Positions 29,907 through 39,595 of a DNA stretch of 64,000 nucleotides are shown here, one piece after another (within the stretch, counting starts at the first letter, position 1; the number at the start of each line of letters is the position of its first letter). This DNA is from a virus (taxonomy: Duplodnaviria; Caudoviricetes). Below the pieces are notes generated by a model. The model ran no database searches, had not been told where the DNA came from, and saw nothing but the letters and a program-made list of their open reading frames with translations. A program made the position numbers and the translations under genes. The stretch spans positions 114-64,113 of IMG/VR virus record IMGVR_UViG_2623620512_000003; one strand, written 5' to 3'.

Positions 29907-30749
29907 TTAAGCTCTATACATGTCACTCTGGTCATCAAGAGCTGCTTGAAACGGTTCATGAGCCTCTCTATATAGTTCAACATCCCGTTCACTCATTCCC
30001 GCTTTCTTGTATATAATATCCCAGTCGTGGCTAGAATAGTATCTATCTAGCTTACAAATCTCATCACAATAGGCATCACGAGATGCCAGTATTTTGTCTT
30101 TCCAAAGATTCTCGTAGAAATTTAGTCTTTCAATATCAATATGACACTTCACCTCATGAAGTTCACTTGTATTGAGTTGACTGACATTCTTTCCCAATTT
30201 CAATGCAAGTCGCTTTGAAGCCTTCGCTAATGCTAATTCAGTATTATAGACATTGTCCTCAGAACAGATGGATTCACCCAAAGTGATAACAACATTCGGA
30301 TATTCTTTCTTAGTCCACATGAAGTTGACATCACATTTGTTATTTGACAAGCCAATTATTTCATATACTTTTGATGAATTGAAATAAAGCTCCTCTATTG
30401 TGAAATGACCTGATTCTGCAAGTTTTTTTGCAAGTTCTTTAAACTCTGATGGAGTATCACACTTGTCTGAATAGCAATACCACAGGTATACACTAAGCCA
30501 AATGATTTTTCTATATTGGTTATATTCACAATAAACCTCTACGCTCCATATATCTTGATCATAAAGGGGATTGGAAATACTCATTGTGTCTACATCGATA
30601 ATACTATGCATTTTGTTATCCCCTTCAGGTTTACAATAGGTACAATAATTATGCATATTGTCCGAGAACATATCCACATTATCTCCAATCTTACAACCTG
30701 CGATGGATATCATACCATCTTCTTCTTTAACTAAATCAATGCATTTCAT
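29907..30749 (-). CDS. Hypothetical protein
   Basis: 280-aa AT-rich ORF; minus-strand TAAGTTTG promoter box near 30785-30792. Confidence 0.6.
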   Translation of the reverse strand: MKCIDLVKEEDGMISIAGCKIGDNVDMFSDNMHNYCTYCKPEGDNKMHSIIDVDTMSISNPLYDQDIWSVEVYCEYNQYRKIIWLSVYLWYCYSDKCDTPSEFKELAKKLAESGHFTIEELYFNSSKVYEIIGLSNNKCDVNFMWTKKEYPNVVITLGESICSEDNVYNTELALAKASKRLALKLGKNVSQLNTSELHEVKCHIDIERLNFYENLWKDKILASRDAYCDEICKLDRYYSSHDWDIIYKKAGMSERDVELYREAHEPFQAALDDQSDMYRA

Positions 30750-30829
30750 ATCATCGTGATTTTTAGAACTACCTTTTCGGATGCAAACTTAAGCATTTTC
30801 CGCAAATTTTCCAAACTTTTTTGTCATAC

Positions 30830-32030
30830 ATGCATTGAAAAATATCTCTTTTTTTACCATCATCATCTTATTCAAAAGGTATGCATGGCTCTGATGGGCC
30901 TCATTGTACGCCTGACGTTCTTCAAGTACCAGGATGTCACCATCCATTGTTTGCTCACTCTTGATGGACTTCACTTTACGTAAGTGGTTATTTGCTTCCA
31001 CATCATTTCTATAGCCATACTCCTTTCGTGATTTCTTCTGCTACCGACATCGATGTGTTATCTGCCTATAAAAGGTAGTAGTCATCCCCTCTGCTCTCTG
31101 TGGTAATAAATAGGTAATCCGCATCATACCACATACATGAAGAGGTAGCCATCCCAATCAGAAGAGGTACACCCTGGATATTGCCTAACAAGGTAGAGGC
31201 GAATAGAGCGCTTACTGTACCCGCTGCAGGTGAATGTTTGCGCATTCTGTGTCATTATCATTCTCCACGCTTGTTGGACTTCTTTTTTTAGCTACCTATA
31301 GGCCCTTTACTTATTTTTCCTTTGCAAATTTAGCGCAAGCCCGTGCCCTGCAAGTACTGGTCTCTATAGTTCCCGATTCCTGCACATAAATCACAGCAGC
31401 CTTCCGCATTTTCTTCTTCACGTCAGAGCCTAAAGAAAATGGGGTATTCCATGATTTTTGCTGGTAATTCCTTGCATTTACGCACTTTCCTCTTGCTGCT
31501 CTTCATTGCACGTAAAAATTACAAAAGCTCCTCGGAGCTAAATTAACAAGAAGTCAAACAATTAAAAAAATAAGAATTATGACACAGAATGTACAAACAT
31601 CAGTTTTCACCCACAGCAGGTTATACAGCAAGCGCTATTATGCAGGCAATATCTACAGTGTAGTTATCAATTGTGAGGATGGCGAGTATTACGAGTATGA
31701 GGTAGAAGCGGACACATTCGCTAAAGCCACAGAGATAGCAGAGAGCATGGCCAATGATCTGATGGCAGATATTACATTCATCGAAGTCTATAAGGCAGCA
31801 TAAATAAGTATCACAAAATAGAGTATTAACAATTTAAAGAAATAAGTATTATGGAAGCAAAAGTTATTATCGTTACAGAAGTGAAGTCTAACAAGAGTGA
31901 GAACAATGTTTGGATGGTGGCCATCACAGGTGAAGAACAAGGTCAGGCGTACTGCAAGAGTCCCTACAAGGCCATGCGTTTCGCTTTTCTCTTAAAGAAG
32001 CAGACAGGATTCCATATCGAGGATGCATCC
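30830..32030. promoter_or_regulatory. Fold-back element 2: about 1.1-1.2 kb imperfect inverted repeat whose right arm covers two genes
   Basis: Reverse complement of 30874-31293 is collinear with 31536-31988; core homologous to element 1. Confidence 0.8.
31579..31803 (+). CDS. Small acidic hypothetical protein
   Basis: 74-aa ORF with AT-rich initiation region after the fold-back core. Confidence 0.7.
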   Translation: MTQNVQTSVFTHSRLYSKRYYAGNIYSVVINCEDGEYYEYEVEADTFAKATEIAESMANDLMADITFIEVYKAA

Positions 32031-32228
32031 CTCAAGGCTCTCTCAGCGGAAATTGCTAAGGAAAAAGTAGCATCTGCTGAATCCGAGGCTGAGAAGCCTG
32101 CAGAGCAGGAGCCTCAGGTAGAGGAAAAGCCAAAGAAGCAGCGCAAGCCTCGCGCAAAGAAAGCCGAGGCTGAGTCTCAGGCATTAGCTCAGGTTGCCGA
32201 GCAAAAAGGATTGATAGCCTTCCTGTAA
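31851..32228 (+). CDS. Hypothetical protein with charged low-complexity tail
   Basis: 125-aa ORF in tandem with 31579..31803. Confidence 0.7.
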   Translation: MEAKVIIVTEVKSNKSENNVWMVAITGEEQGQAYCKSPYKAMRFAFLLKKQTGFHIEDASLKALSAEIAKEKVASAESEAEKPAEQEPQVEEKPKKQRKPRAKKAEAESQALAQVAEQKGLIAFL

Positions 32229-32239
32229 AGGGGGCTATC

Positions 32240-32321
32240 AAAAAAAAGAAGGCTCGCTTCACAGCGAACCTTCCTTATAATAAATTAATCAACCATAAAC
32301 CTTACCTTTTATAACCTTAAC
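32240..32321 (-). ncRNA. Candidate sRNA complementary to the capsid translation-initiation region
   Basis: Minus-strand TACCTTTG at 32327-32334; terminator 32248-32273 plus T8; 32283-32312 matches 7471-7501. Confidence 0.55.
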
Positions 32322-32447
32322 GTAGACAAAGGTACGATAATTATCCGAGAATTATGTTCAATAATTGTTATAAGAGGTTCAAAAATCATTAAATAATAGA
32401 TATCAGACCATTTCGAATGAATTTTCAACCGTGCCACTTCAAATTTT

Positions 32448-32483
32448 GTCTTTTCCCAGCCCCCCACCCTTTTGTATCTTTGC
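32448..32483 (+). promoter_or_regulatory. Core-operon promoter motif, copy 4
   Basis: GTCTTTT at 32448, TATCTTTGC at 32475. Confidence 0.7.
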
Positions 32484-32499
32484 ACAAAAAAGAAGCATC

Positions 32500-33594
32500 A
32501 TGGCCACTACCATCAATACCACATTTAGCAGCATTTTCCTCACGTCACATCTTCCGGAGGAGGTCAGCATCACCACGGACCAGCCATCCGTGGAGGTTTC
32601 TCTATTCCTGAATTCCTTAAAGGTGTTCTCGTCCGTCTATTACCCATACAAGGGAGAGGTCATCGTCCATGATATCCGTTCCATCATCGAGTCCCACATG
32701 TCGGAACTGCGATATTGTATGGCCACGTTGCGGATAGAGGCAAAGGAGCCGGAAGTCAAGCCCGAGACTGTCACGTACGATGAGGACGGCAACATGCACA
32801 TGTCATATGACGAGACTACCTCCGAGCCCGTCATCGCGGCGACAGACGATATCAACGTCATCTTCAGTCGGTTTAAGTCAACGGTCTCTACGGACGCTTT
32901 TCTTCGCACGCACTTCCTGACTACACGTAAGAGCGCACTCATTGCACGGCATGCTTCTATAAACCTCAGTTATTGCACCGACGATTCTGAGGAGGGCACC
33001 AACTACGCTATCATCCACTACTCCACCCCTACCCTCCCCGACAAGATTCTCACGTACAGGCGCCAGTTTGAGGGCTCGCTGTTTGACTCGAGTACAATTG
33101 TTTCCGACAGTCTCTCACATGCCTATTTCAAGTCTCAGGTTGACCGGGCTATGAAGGTTGACTGTCAGGTTCATGGTGTAGAGTATCACATCGGGAAACG
33201 GCATTTCAATCTCTTCTTTACGGATGAGCAACCGAGCGACTCTTTCACTTTCCTGAACGCCTTCAACATTCTCGAGACGGTGAATCTATTCGGTACTACC
33301 ACCATCAAGACAGAGGTAAACCATAGTGAGGCCATCTGTGGACGCAAGGCTCAGTTTTATGACGAGACCACCAGCATAAAGTACGAGGTAGAGACGGCTC
33401 CTTTAAGATACGACGAGGCAAAATGGCTTAGTGAGATGCTCGCTTCAAAGTATGTCACACGCCAGATAGACGCTTTCACCTCAGCCAAGGTTCTTATCAG
33501 CGATATCACATCCGAAGTAACCGATTCCGATAAAGACCTCATTCGCCTGAAGTTCACCTGGAAATATGCCGACGGCAGCCAATGGTTTAGATAA
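32500..33594 (+). CDS. Phage protein, possibly virion/tail associated
   Basis: ATG 32500 after promoter motif; FxFLNAFNILET motif; core-like codon usage. Confidence 0.55.
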   Translation: MATTINTTFSSIFLTSHLPEEVSITTDQPSVEVSLFLNSLKVFSSVYYPYKGEVIVHDIRSIIESHMSELRYCMATLRIEAKEPEVKPETVTYDEDGNMHMSYDETTSEPVIAATDDINVIFSRFKSTVSTDAFLRTHFLTTRKSALIARHASINLSYCTDDSEEGTNYAIIHYSTPTLPDKILTYRRQFEGSLFDSSTIVSDSLSHAYFKSQVDRAMKVDCQVHGVEYHIGKRHFNLFFTDEQPSDSFTFLNAFNILETVNLFGTTTIKTEVNHSEAICGRKAQFYDETTSIKYEVETAPLRYDEAKWLSEMLASKYVTRQIDAFTSAKVLISDITSEVTDSDKDLIRLKFTWKYADGSQWFR

Positions 33595-33658
33595 TATCTG
33601 TTATTCTGTTACTGTGTCTTTAAAAATATTGTGTCTTTAAAAGTTAAACTGTATCCCT

Positions 33659-33889
33659 ATGAACTCAATCCACATTTCCACAGCCCGACTGATTCTCAAC
33701 CGACCCGACCCAGTAGATATCCGTCTCTGGACATCCAAGGGCGAGATCCAGGAGTGGCGCCGATGCATCTGCATCAAGTACGACCACTACAAAGGTATCC
33801 GCAAGTTCAAGCTTCTCGACTCCAACCAGATCCGCCAGACCCGCGAGTGCTGCATATTCAGTCTGAACGGCCTGACTGTCTTCCTTTAG
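33659..33889 (+). CDS. Small phage hypothetical protein
   Basis: 76-aa ORF with core-like codon usage. Confidence 0.65.
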   Translation: MNSIHISTARLILNRPDPVDIRLWTSKGEIQEWRRCICIKYDHYKGIRKFKLLDSNQIRQTRECCIFSLNGLTVFL

Positions 33890-34443
33890 AGAAGTTTTCC
33901 TTGCAAATGCTGTGCTTTTCGGAATTTATTCGTATCTTTGCACCCAGAACGAGTTGTGAAGTGTCACGACCATTCTTACTGCCCCTGTATTCGTGCATCC
34001 GCAGTACTCTTTTTGAAACTGAAGCTGACGCGCTTCTGTCTTGTGTACCTGAATCTGGAAAATTCAAAATGCAAACAAGATGGGGGTTCGACAGTTCACG
34101 TATATACGTGGGCTTGTCGTCCTATTGTCTTTTTGCATGGCATTCCAGAGCCTAGGTACAGAGACGTGGGATACGCAGGTCCACGTTCTTTGTATCCCTA
34201 CTCTTTCTCGAAGTGCAAGCATGAGTATACCCATCAATGTCAGTCATACGAACATTGATACACGGTCATTGGTTTACTAAATTGACCAGTGTTCTAAAAA
34301 AATCGGAAACGAAGTGGCGATCTGTGAAGACCGCCACTTTATTTTTATTATTTTTCGCCAGCCAAATAGATATAAAGAATATTTTTTGTACCTTTGCATT
34401 CCGAAATTTTCAGATAACAAAAAACAAATAAATTATAGTATTT

Positions 34444-35439
34444 ATGGACGAAATACAAAATCAATTTTCAGGATCAATTTCAGTTTCAGGAGTAAATTTA
34501 CACAGTCATTATGTACCAGCTGAAAAGCCATATGCAGTCTACGCATATGTATGGGATGGCCCCACAGCTGCCATTGCGCAACATATAGGCACAATGTTGG
34601 TAGGCCATGTAAATAATAAAGGAAGATTGGTATTCGAAAGCAAGGGCGTTTATCGGATGCCCGAGAAACATATGCTCGACTTCGACCACTGCTTTATACC
34701 TGAGGATATGGGCGAGTTGGAAAACCACCCTATCCAACTTGGTTTCGTCGGAGACACCGTTGGAAAGGACACTTTGGTTAAAGTGGTTTGGATGGCGCTG
34801 GAAGACGCCGATAGTCATAGAGTAAAGTTCCTTCTCGAGAACATGCAGTTAGCTGGACTGAAGGTGGATTTGGGTGACAAATGTAAGATGCAGGATGTTG
34901 AAGGAAGAATTGAATCAAAATACAACCCCTTTAAAGAAAAGAATGAATATTACCTGACTGTCGACGATAATATAGCTCTGAGAATATATCTAGGGGATAA
35001 CAAAGGGCAAAGTGATAGTGCGATAGAGGTGGTAAACCAATTATGGGAACAAATAAAGGCATGGAAGGAGGTTGGAGTATCCTTCGAAAGCATAAAGATG
35101 AATGACCAGAATAAAGACTACCAAGATCAGATGGACGAACTGTTAGAACTGACAAGACTCTACGGAAAACTTAGGGAGACAGAGGATAAGTCCTATGATA
35201 TATTTAGTCTGTTTATGTGTCGGGAAACCATCGGTAAAGACCGTTGTTTCTACGAAGACTTCGTAATGGGTATGAAAAAAGTACACTGGGACGATTATTC
35301 CGACTCTGATAAGGACCTGCAATGGGCTATCAGCGTCGGTCTGGCGACACGCGATGGCAACATCATCCAATTCTCTCCTGAGTTTGAGCGTATAGCCACA
35401 TGGAAGTGGACGTGGAAACACGGAGAAGACAAAAAATAG
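34444..35439 (+). CDS. Hypothetical cargo protein (moron)
   Basis: 331 aa; own TACCTTTG at 34389 and terminator at about 35469-35509. Confidence 0.65.
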   Translation: MDEIQNQFSGSISVSGVNLHSHYVPAEKPYAVYAYVWDGPTAAIAQHIGTMLVGHVNNKGRLVFESKGVYRMPEKHMLDFDHCFIPEDMGELENHPIQLGFVGDTVGKDTLVKVVWMALEDADSHRVKFLLENMQLAGLKVDLGDKCKMQDVEGRIESKYNPFKEKNEYYLTVDDNIALRIYLGDNKGQSDSAIEVVNQLWEQIKAWKEVGVSFESIKMNDQNKDYQDQMDELLELTRLYGKLRETEDKSYDIFSLFMCRETIGKDRCFYEDFVMGMKKVHWDDYSDSDKDLQWAISVGLATRDGNIIQFSPEFERIATWKWTWKHGEDKK

Positions 35440-35511
35440 CCAATCAAGCAATAGCAATAATCTCACAGGAGGGTGCGTTCAATCAAATTGTGACGCGCCC
35501 TCTTCTTTTGT

Positions 35512-35547
35512 GTCTTTTCTCATACGCACCCACCTTCATATCTTTGC
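35512..35547 (+). promoter_or_regulatory. Core-operon promoter motif, copy 5
   Basis: GTCTTTT at 35512, TATCTTTGC at 35539. Confidence 0.7.
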
Positions 35548-35564
35548 ATCAAAAACGCTAAGAT

Positions 35565-36929
35565 ATGAACCAGCCACAAAACTTTAACTATTCCTTCAAC
35601 TCCGTTGAAAACATTCCTGACTTGAAAGCCAGTGCTGCTTTCACCGCCAGTTCGTCCGAGGTCTTCCGCGAACAGTCGGATATCCTTCCTGTGCCTCTCG
35701 ACGAGGGCTATCAGTATATGCCCTGGGGTGCTGACAACCAGATGCCCTACAAAATCCTTGAGCTTATAGAAAGCGACGAGACGCTTTCCACCTGCCAGAT
35801 CTTCAATGCCGAGGTTTGCTATGGCTCCGGCCTGGTCTATGACACATCGGAAGCCAAAGCAGACGTCAGAAAGGACGTCGACCATTACCTCATGGACAAC
35901 GACCTTCCCTCCTATTTCCTCGGCGTCTGTCAGGACTTCAAGCACTTCGGATTCTGCGTCAGTATCATCATCCTCAGTGCCGACGCATCCCGCATCGTCC
36001 GCATTCTTCGCAAGGAGGCCTGCTACTGTCGTTTTGCCCCAGCAGAGAAGGACGGCCGTATCCCCTACCTTCTCTATGCTAACTGGCGGAAGACTATCTC
36101 CAGCAAGGAGCAGGTCGAGAAAATCGAGATGCTCGACACCCATTCTCCCTGGACTGATTTGAACAGTCGTTTAGGCAAGTCCCCCACATCGCCCATGAAG
36201 CCCAACAAGCCTATGACGAAGTGCCGCAAGTTCGCCATCGTCAGCCGCGTTCCTACCCCAGACAGCACCTACTACCCCATCCCCTACTATGGCTCTCTCT
36301 TCAAGGGAAATTGGTACAACATCAAGAAGCTCATCGGTATGGCCAAGGAGGCGAAGCTGAAGAATTCGGCACCCATCAAATATCACATTGAGATTGCCAA
36401 CCGCTTCTGGGACGGTATCTTCAAGGCCGAAGGCATTACCGACCGCAAGAAGCAGATGGATCGCGTCGTTGAGGAAAAGGAGAAGATTATCAACTTCCTC
36501 ACAGGCATGGAGAACTCCGGCAAGGTGCTCTTTTCTACGTTCTATGTCAATCCCAACGGCGAGGAGCAGCATGACGTGGTCATCAATAAGGTAGAGACCG
36601 ACAAGGAAGGTGGCGACTGGTCTACCGATATCATCGAGGCCGTCAATATGATGTGTTTTACGATGCGAGTCCATTCAAACCTTGTCGGCTCAGTACCAGG
36701 AAAGTCCCAGACCAACAATTCCGGAAGCGACAAGCGCGAGTTATATACGATTGCCCAGGCCTTACAGAAACCGTATCATGACCTCCTTTTCACCGTCCAT
36801 AATATAATAATAAGGTATAACGGATGGGACGGAGTTCATCCCGACTGCCCCTTCATCATGCTATCGACGCTCGATGAGAAAAGAGACGCAAAGCTCGTGA
36901 CTCCTAACAAGACCATTGACCCCGAATAA
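35565..36929 (+). CDS. Portal protein
   Basis: 454 aa; PWGADNQMP, YYPIPYY, LTGMENSGK and SGSDKRE motifs typical of Bacteroidales phage portals. Confidence 0.72.
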   Translation: MNQPQNFNYSFNSVENIPDLKASAAFTASSSEVFREQSDILPVPLDEGYQYMPWGADNQMPYKILELIESDETLSTCQIFNAEVCYGSGLVYDTSEAKADVRKDVDHYLMDNDLPSYFLGVCQDFKHFGFCVSIIILSADASRIVRILRKEACYCRFAPAEKDGRIPYLLYANWRKTISSKEQVEKIEMLDTHSPWTDLNSRLGKSPTSPMKPNKPMTKCRKFAIVSRVPTPDSTYYPIPYYGSLFKGNWYNIKKLIGMAKEAKLKNSAPIKYHIEIANRFWDGIFKAEGITDRKKQMDRVVEEKEKIINFLTGMENSGKVLFSTFYVNPNGEEQHDVVINKVETDKEGGDWSTDIIEAVNMMCFTMRVHSNLVGSVPGKSQTNNSGSDKRELYTIAQALQKPYHDLLFTVHNIIIRYNGWDGVHPDCPFIMLSTLDEKRDAKLVTPNKTIDPE

Positions 36930-37009
36930 AGTTACCCAAGTTCAGTATGCTGCTATGCTATAGCAGCTCTAGCCCATTATCCCCATTCACCCCATTAATC
37001 CCATAAAGA

Positions 37010-37858
37010 ATGAAATTAATCACATCCGACGACCAGCTCCGCCTGCTCATCCCTAACGTCCTCGCCACCGTAGAGGGCGAGCCCACCTTGATAGAAAAGC
37101 TTTACCCATATCTCGAATCTGCTGAGCAATGGGCAATAGATACCTTCGTTCCTGAAGCTATCTTTGACGAGATTGCTGCAGCCGACAGCTTCGGTCCTAA
37201 CGAGCGTTTCCGTTTCCCCTTGGAAAAGCTGGTTGCCTGTCATGCCTATATGACCGCCATCCCTTCCTTGGACTTGATTCTCACGCCCAACGGCTTCGGC
37301 ATCGTCTCGAACCAGAACGTGGTTCCTGCTTCTCGTGAGCGCGTCGACGCCCTGATTACCTCTCTCGAGTCTCAGCGCGACGCCGCCATTGAAGCCCTCA
37401 TCCTTCGCCTCTCCAGCCGCTCCGACTGGCGCGAATCTCCCCAAGGTCAGTACTTCGCCGCCACGATGTTCCCGTTCCTGAACCTCTGCCGCCGCCTCGC
37501 CATCCGTGACCACATCTGGGACAGCTACCAGCAGCTGCGCGAACGTCTCATAAAGATTGAAGCCGTTCTGGCCGACACCTACTTCTCCCATCCCCAGATG
37601 GAAGTCTTCCGCTCCCACGTCATCACTCAGGACCGCACCGCTTCTGACCTCGAATCTCAGGTCATCCGCTCCCTGCAGTCCTACGAACTCCAGTTACTCA
37701 CCGACATTCAAGTCCATCCCCAATGTTACTACGACCTGGTCACCATCATCCGCGAACACGAAGATGTTTTCCCCGCCTGGCACAGTTCACCAGTCGCCGA
37801 ACTATTCACACCAAAAGTCTTCAAAAACACAAAAAATTCATCCGCTTATTGGTTTTAA
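37010..37858 (+). CDS. Phage protein downstream of portal (DUF6712-like, possible head-tail connector)
   Basis: LDLILTPNGFGIVSN motif; position after portal; terminator at 37840-37872 overlaps stop. Confidence 0.55.
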   Translation: MKLITSDDQLRLLIPNVLATVEGEPTLIEKLYPYLESAEQWAIDTFVPEAIFDEIAAADSFGPNERFRFPLEKLVACHAYMTAIPSLDLILTPNGFGIVSNQNVVPASRERVDALITSLESQRDAAIEALILRLSSRSDWRESPQGQYFAATMFPFLNLCRRLAIRDHIWDSYQQLRERLIKIEAVLADTYFSHPQMEVFRSHVITQDRTASDLESQVIRSLQSYELQLLTDIQVHPQCYYDLVTIIREHEDVFPAWHSSPVAELFTPKVFKNTKNSSAYWF

Positions 37859-38014
37859 GCGGATTTTTTTTTATCTTTGCACCCAAACATTACCATATGC
37901 ATAACTTATTATTGGATGTAACAATTATGCTATATAGATAAGATCCATTCATGAGAGATGCAAAATGTGATAACAAACATGTCATACAACAAAACCTAAA
38001 ATATAGTTATAATT

Positions 38015-39595
38015 ATGAACATACTACGCCTATTTATAATCTTTCTTTTCTGCATTTTTAGCTTTTCAGAAGCAAAAGGGCAGTATATTGTGAAAATTTA
38101 TGTATCTGATGAATCTACAAATCCATGCACAAATATTGACAATGCCATAGTGCTAATAGACGACAAAGAGAAGTTAAGGACAGGAACTGATGGTATGATA
38201 ATTCATTTATTATCATCGGGTAAACACAAAATAAGAGTTAGTCACAAATTCTATGAACCTATCGAATTCGAGGTTGAGAAATCGTCTTTTTGTATGGTTG
38301 AATTACAACGAAAGTCTGGCGGGGAAGGGCGAGCGGGATACTACATTACAACAGATGAGGGCCAAACATTTGGAAAAATATGGTCCTATACAAATATAAA
38401 GAGTATGGCCGATTCATTATACGAAATTGGACAAAAATATTACGATATATCTATTGAGGCTGAAGAAAGAAAGGAAAAAGAAATTAATTATAATAAAGCA
38501 ATTTCTTATTTCACAGAAGCTGCAGAGTTGAATCATCCAATAGCAACTTTTTATATAAATCAACATTTCTATGAGAATAACTTAAGAGAAGAAGGTCTTC
38601 AATGGTTACAGAAAGTAGCAAATAATGGAAATACAAAAGCGATGTTTTACTTAGGGCTATATCATTTGGAATGTAAGAACTATACCTTAGCACTCGAATT
38701 ATATCAGAAAGGAGCAGATTTAAACGACATTGATTGCCAAATGGAATTAGCTGAGATGTACGAAAAAGGGCTTGGTGTAGAAAAAGATATAAATAAGGCT
38801 ATGAAGTGGTACAGAATGGCTAAAGGAGTCAATGATGATGTAAGTACGCAATTATCTATACCAGCATCCACAAAACCTCTTCCCATCTTACCCCAACAAA
38901 AGCGCCTCGCATTATTAATTGGAAATAGTGATTATCAGACAGGAAGGCTTTTATGCGTTGGAAAAGACGTTAAAGACATGAAAGCTAAATTGGAAGAGCT
39001 TGGCTTTGAAACAATGTATTGTCCAAATGTCGAATTGATGGAGTTTCTGCAGGTTATTTCTAGGTTCTGCAAAAAAGCTCGTGAGGGGGAATATGACGCA
39101 ATGTTATTTTACTTTGCAGGTCATGGGATTCAATGTCAAGGAGAAAACTACCTTGTACCCATAGGAGATTTCTACGATGATGATATTTTGGTAAAAAAGA
39201 TGTACATTGGAATGAACGATGTTCTCAACGAGACTGCAAAAACTGGCGTAAAAACCAGAATATTTATCCTTGACGCATGCCGTGAACAACCAGTAGCATT
39301 TACACGTAGCATATCAAAGGGACTTGTTGGATTGGGTAACACACCTGGTGTTTTCATGGCCTATTCCACGATGGCAGGTAAAACTGCAAAAGACAATGGA
39401 GGAGATGGCAATAGTCCATACATCAAAGAGTTGTTAGAAGAACTTAACGTACCGCAGAGACCAATTAATGATGTTTTTGAGAACGTCAAAAGGCGAGTTA
39501 GTCAAAAAACAGGTGGAAAGCAACAGCCTAGCCACGTTAATGATCTTGACGTCAGTAATGACGAGATTATATATCTTAATAGGAACAATAAATAA
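38015..39595 (+). CDS. Exported SEL1-repeat plus caspase-like (C14) peptidase
   Basis: Signal peptide, PEGA-like segment, SEL1 repeats, ALLIGNSDY, catalytic FYFAGHG and ILDACR. Confidence 0.85.
   Translation: MNILRLFIIFLFCIFSFSEAKGQYIVKIYVSDESTNPCTNIDNAIVLIDDKEKLRTGTDGMIIHLLSSGKHKIRVSHKFYEPIEFEVEKSSFCMVELQRKSGGEGRAGYYITTDEGQTFGKIWSYTNIKSMADSLYEIGQKYYDISIEAEERKEKEINYNKAISYFTEAAELNHPIATFYINQHFYENNLREEGLQWLQKVANNGNTKAMFYLGLYHLECKNYTLALELYQKGADLNDIDCQMELAEMYEKGLGVEKDINKAMKWYRMAKGVNDDVSTQLSIPASTKPLPILPQQKRLALLIGNSDYQTGRLLCVGKDVKDMKAKLEELGFETMYCPNVELMEFLQVISRFCKKAREGEYDAMLFYFAGHGIQCQGENYLVPIGDFYDDDILVKKMYIGMNDVLNETAKTGVKTRIFILDACREQPVAFTRSISKGLVGLGNTPGVFMAYSTMAGKTAKDNGGDGNSPYIKELLEELNVPQRPINDVFENVKRRVSQKTGGKQQPSHVNDLDVSNDEIIYLNRNNK

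Noticed and set aside
30789-31001. 70-aa minus-strand ORF resembling 31851..32228
   Set aside because: Similarity is patchy and shifts frame; it is better explained as part of the inverted arm than as a gene.
33613-33642. Tandem tgtgtctttaaaa as a ninth core promoter
   Set aside because: No TAnnTTTG box 27 nt downstream of either copy.
29050-34260. Structured segments as retron ncRNAs
   Set aside because: No reverse transcriptase nearby.
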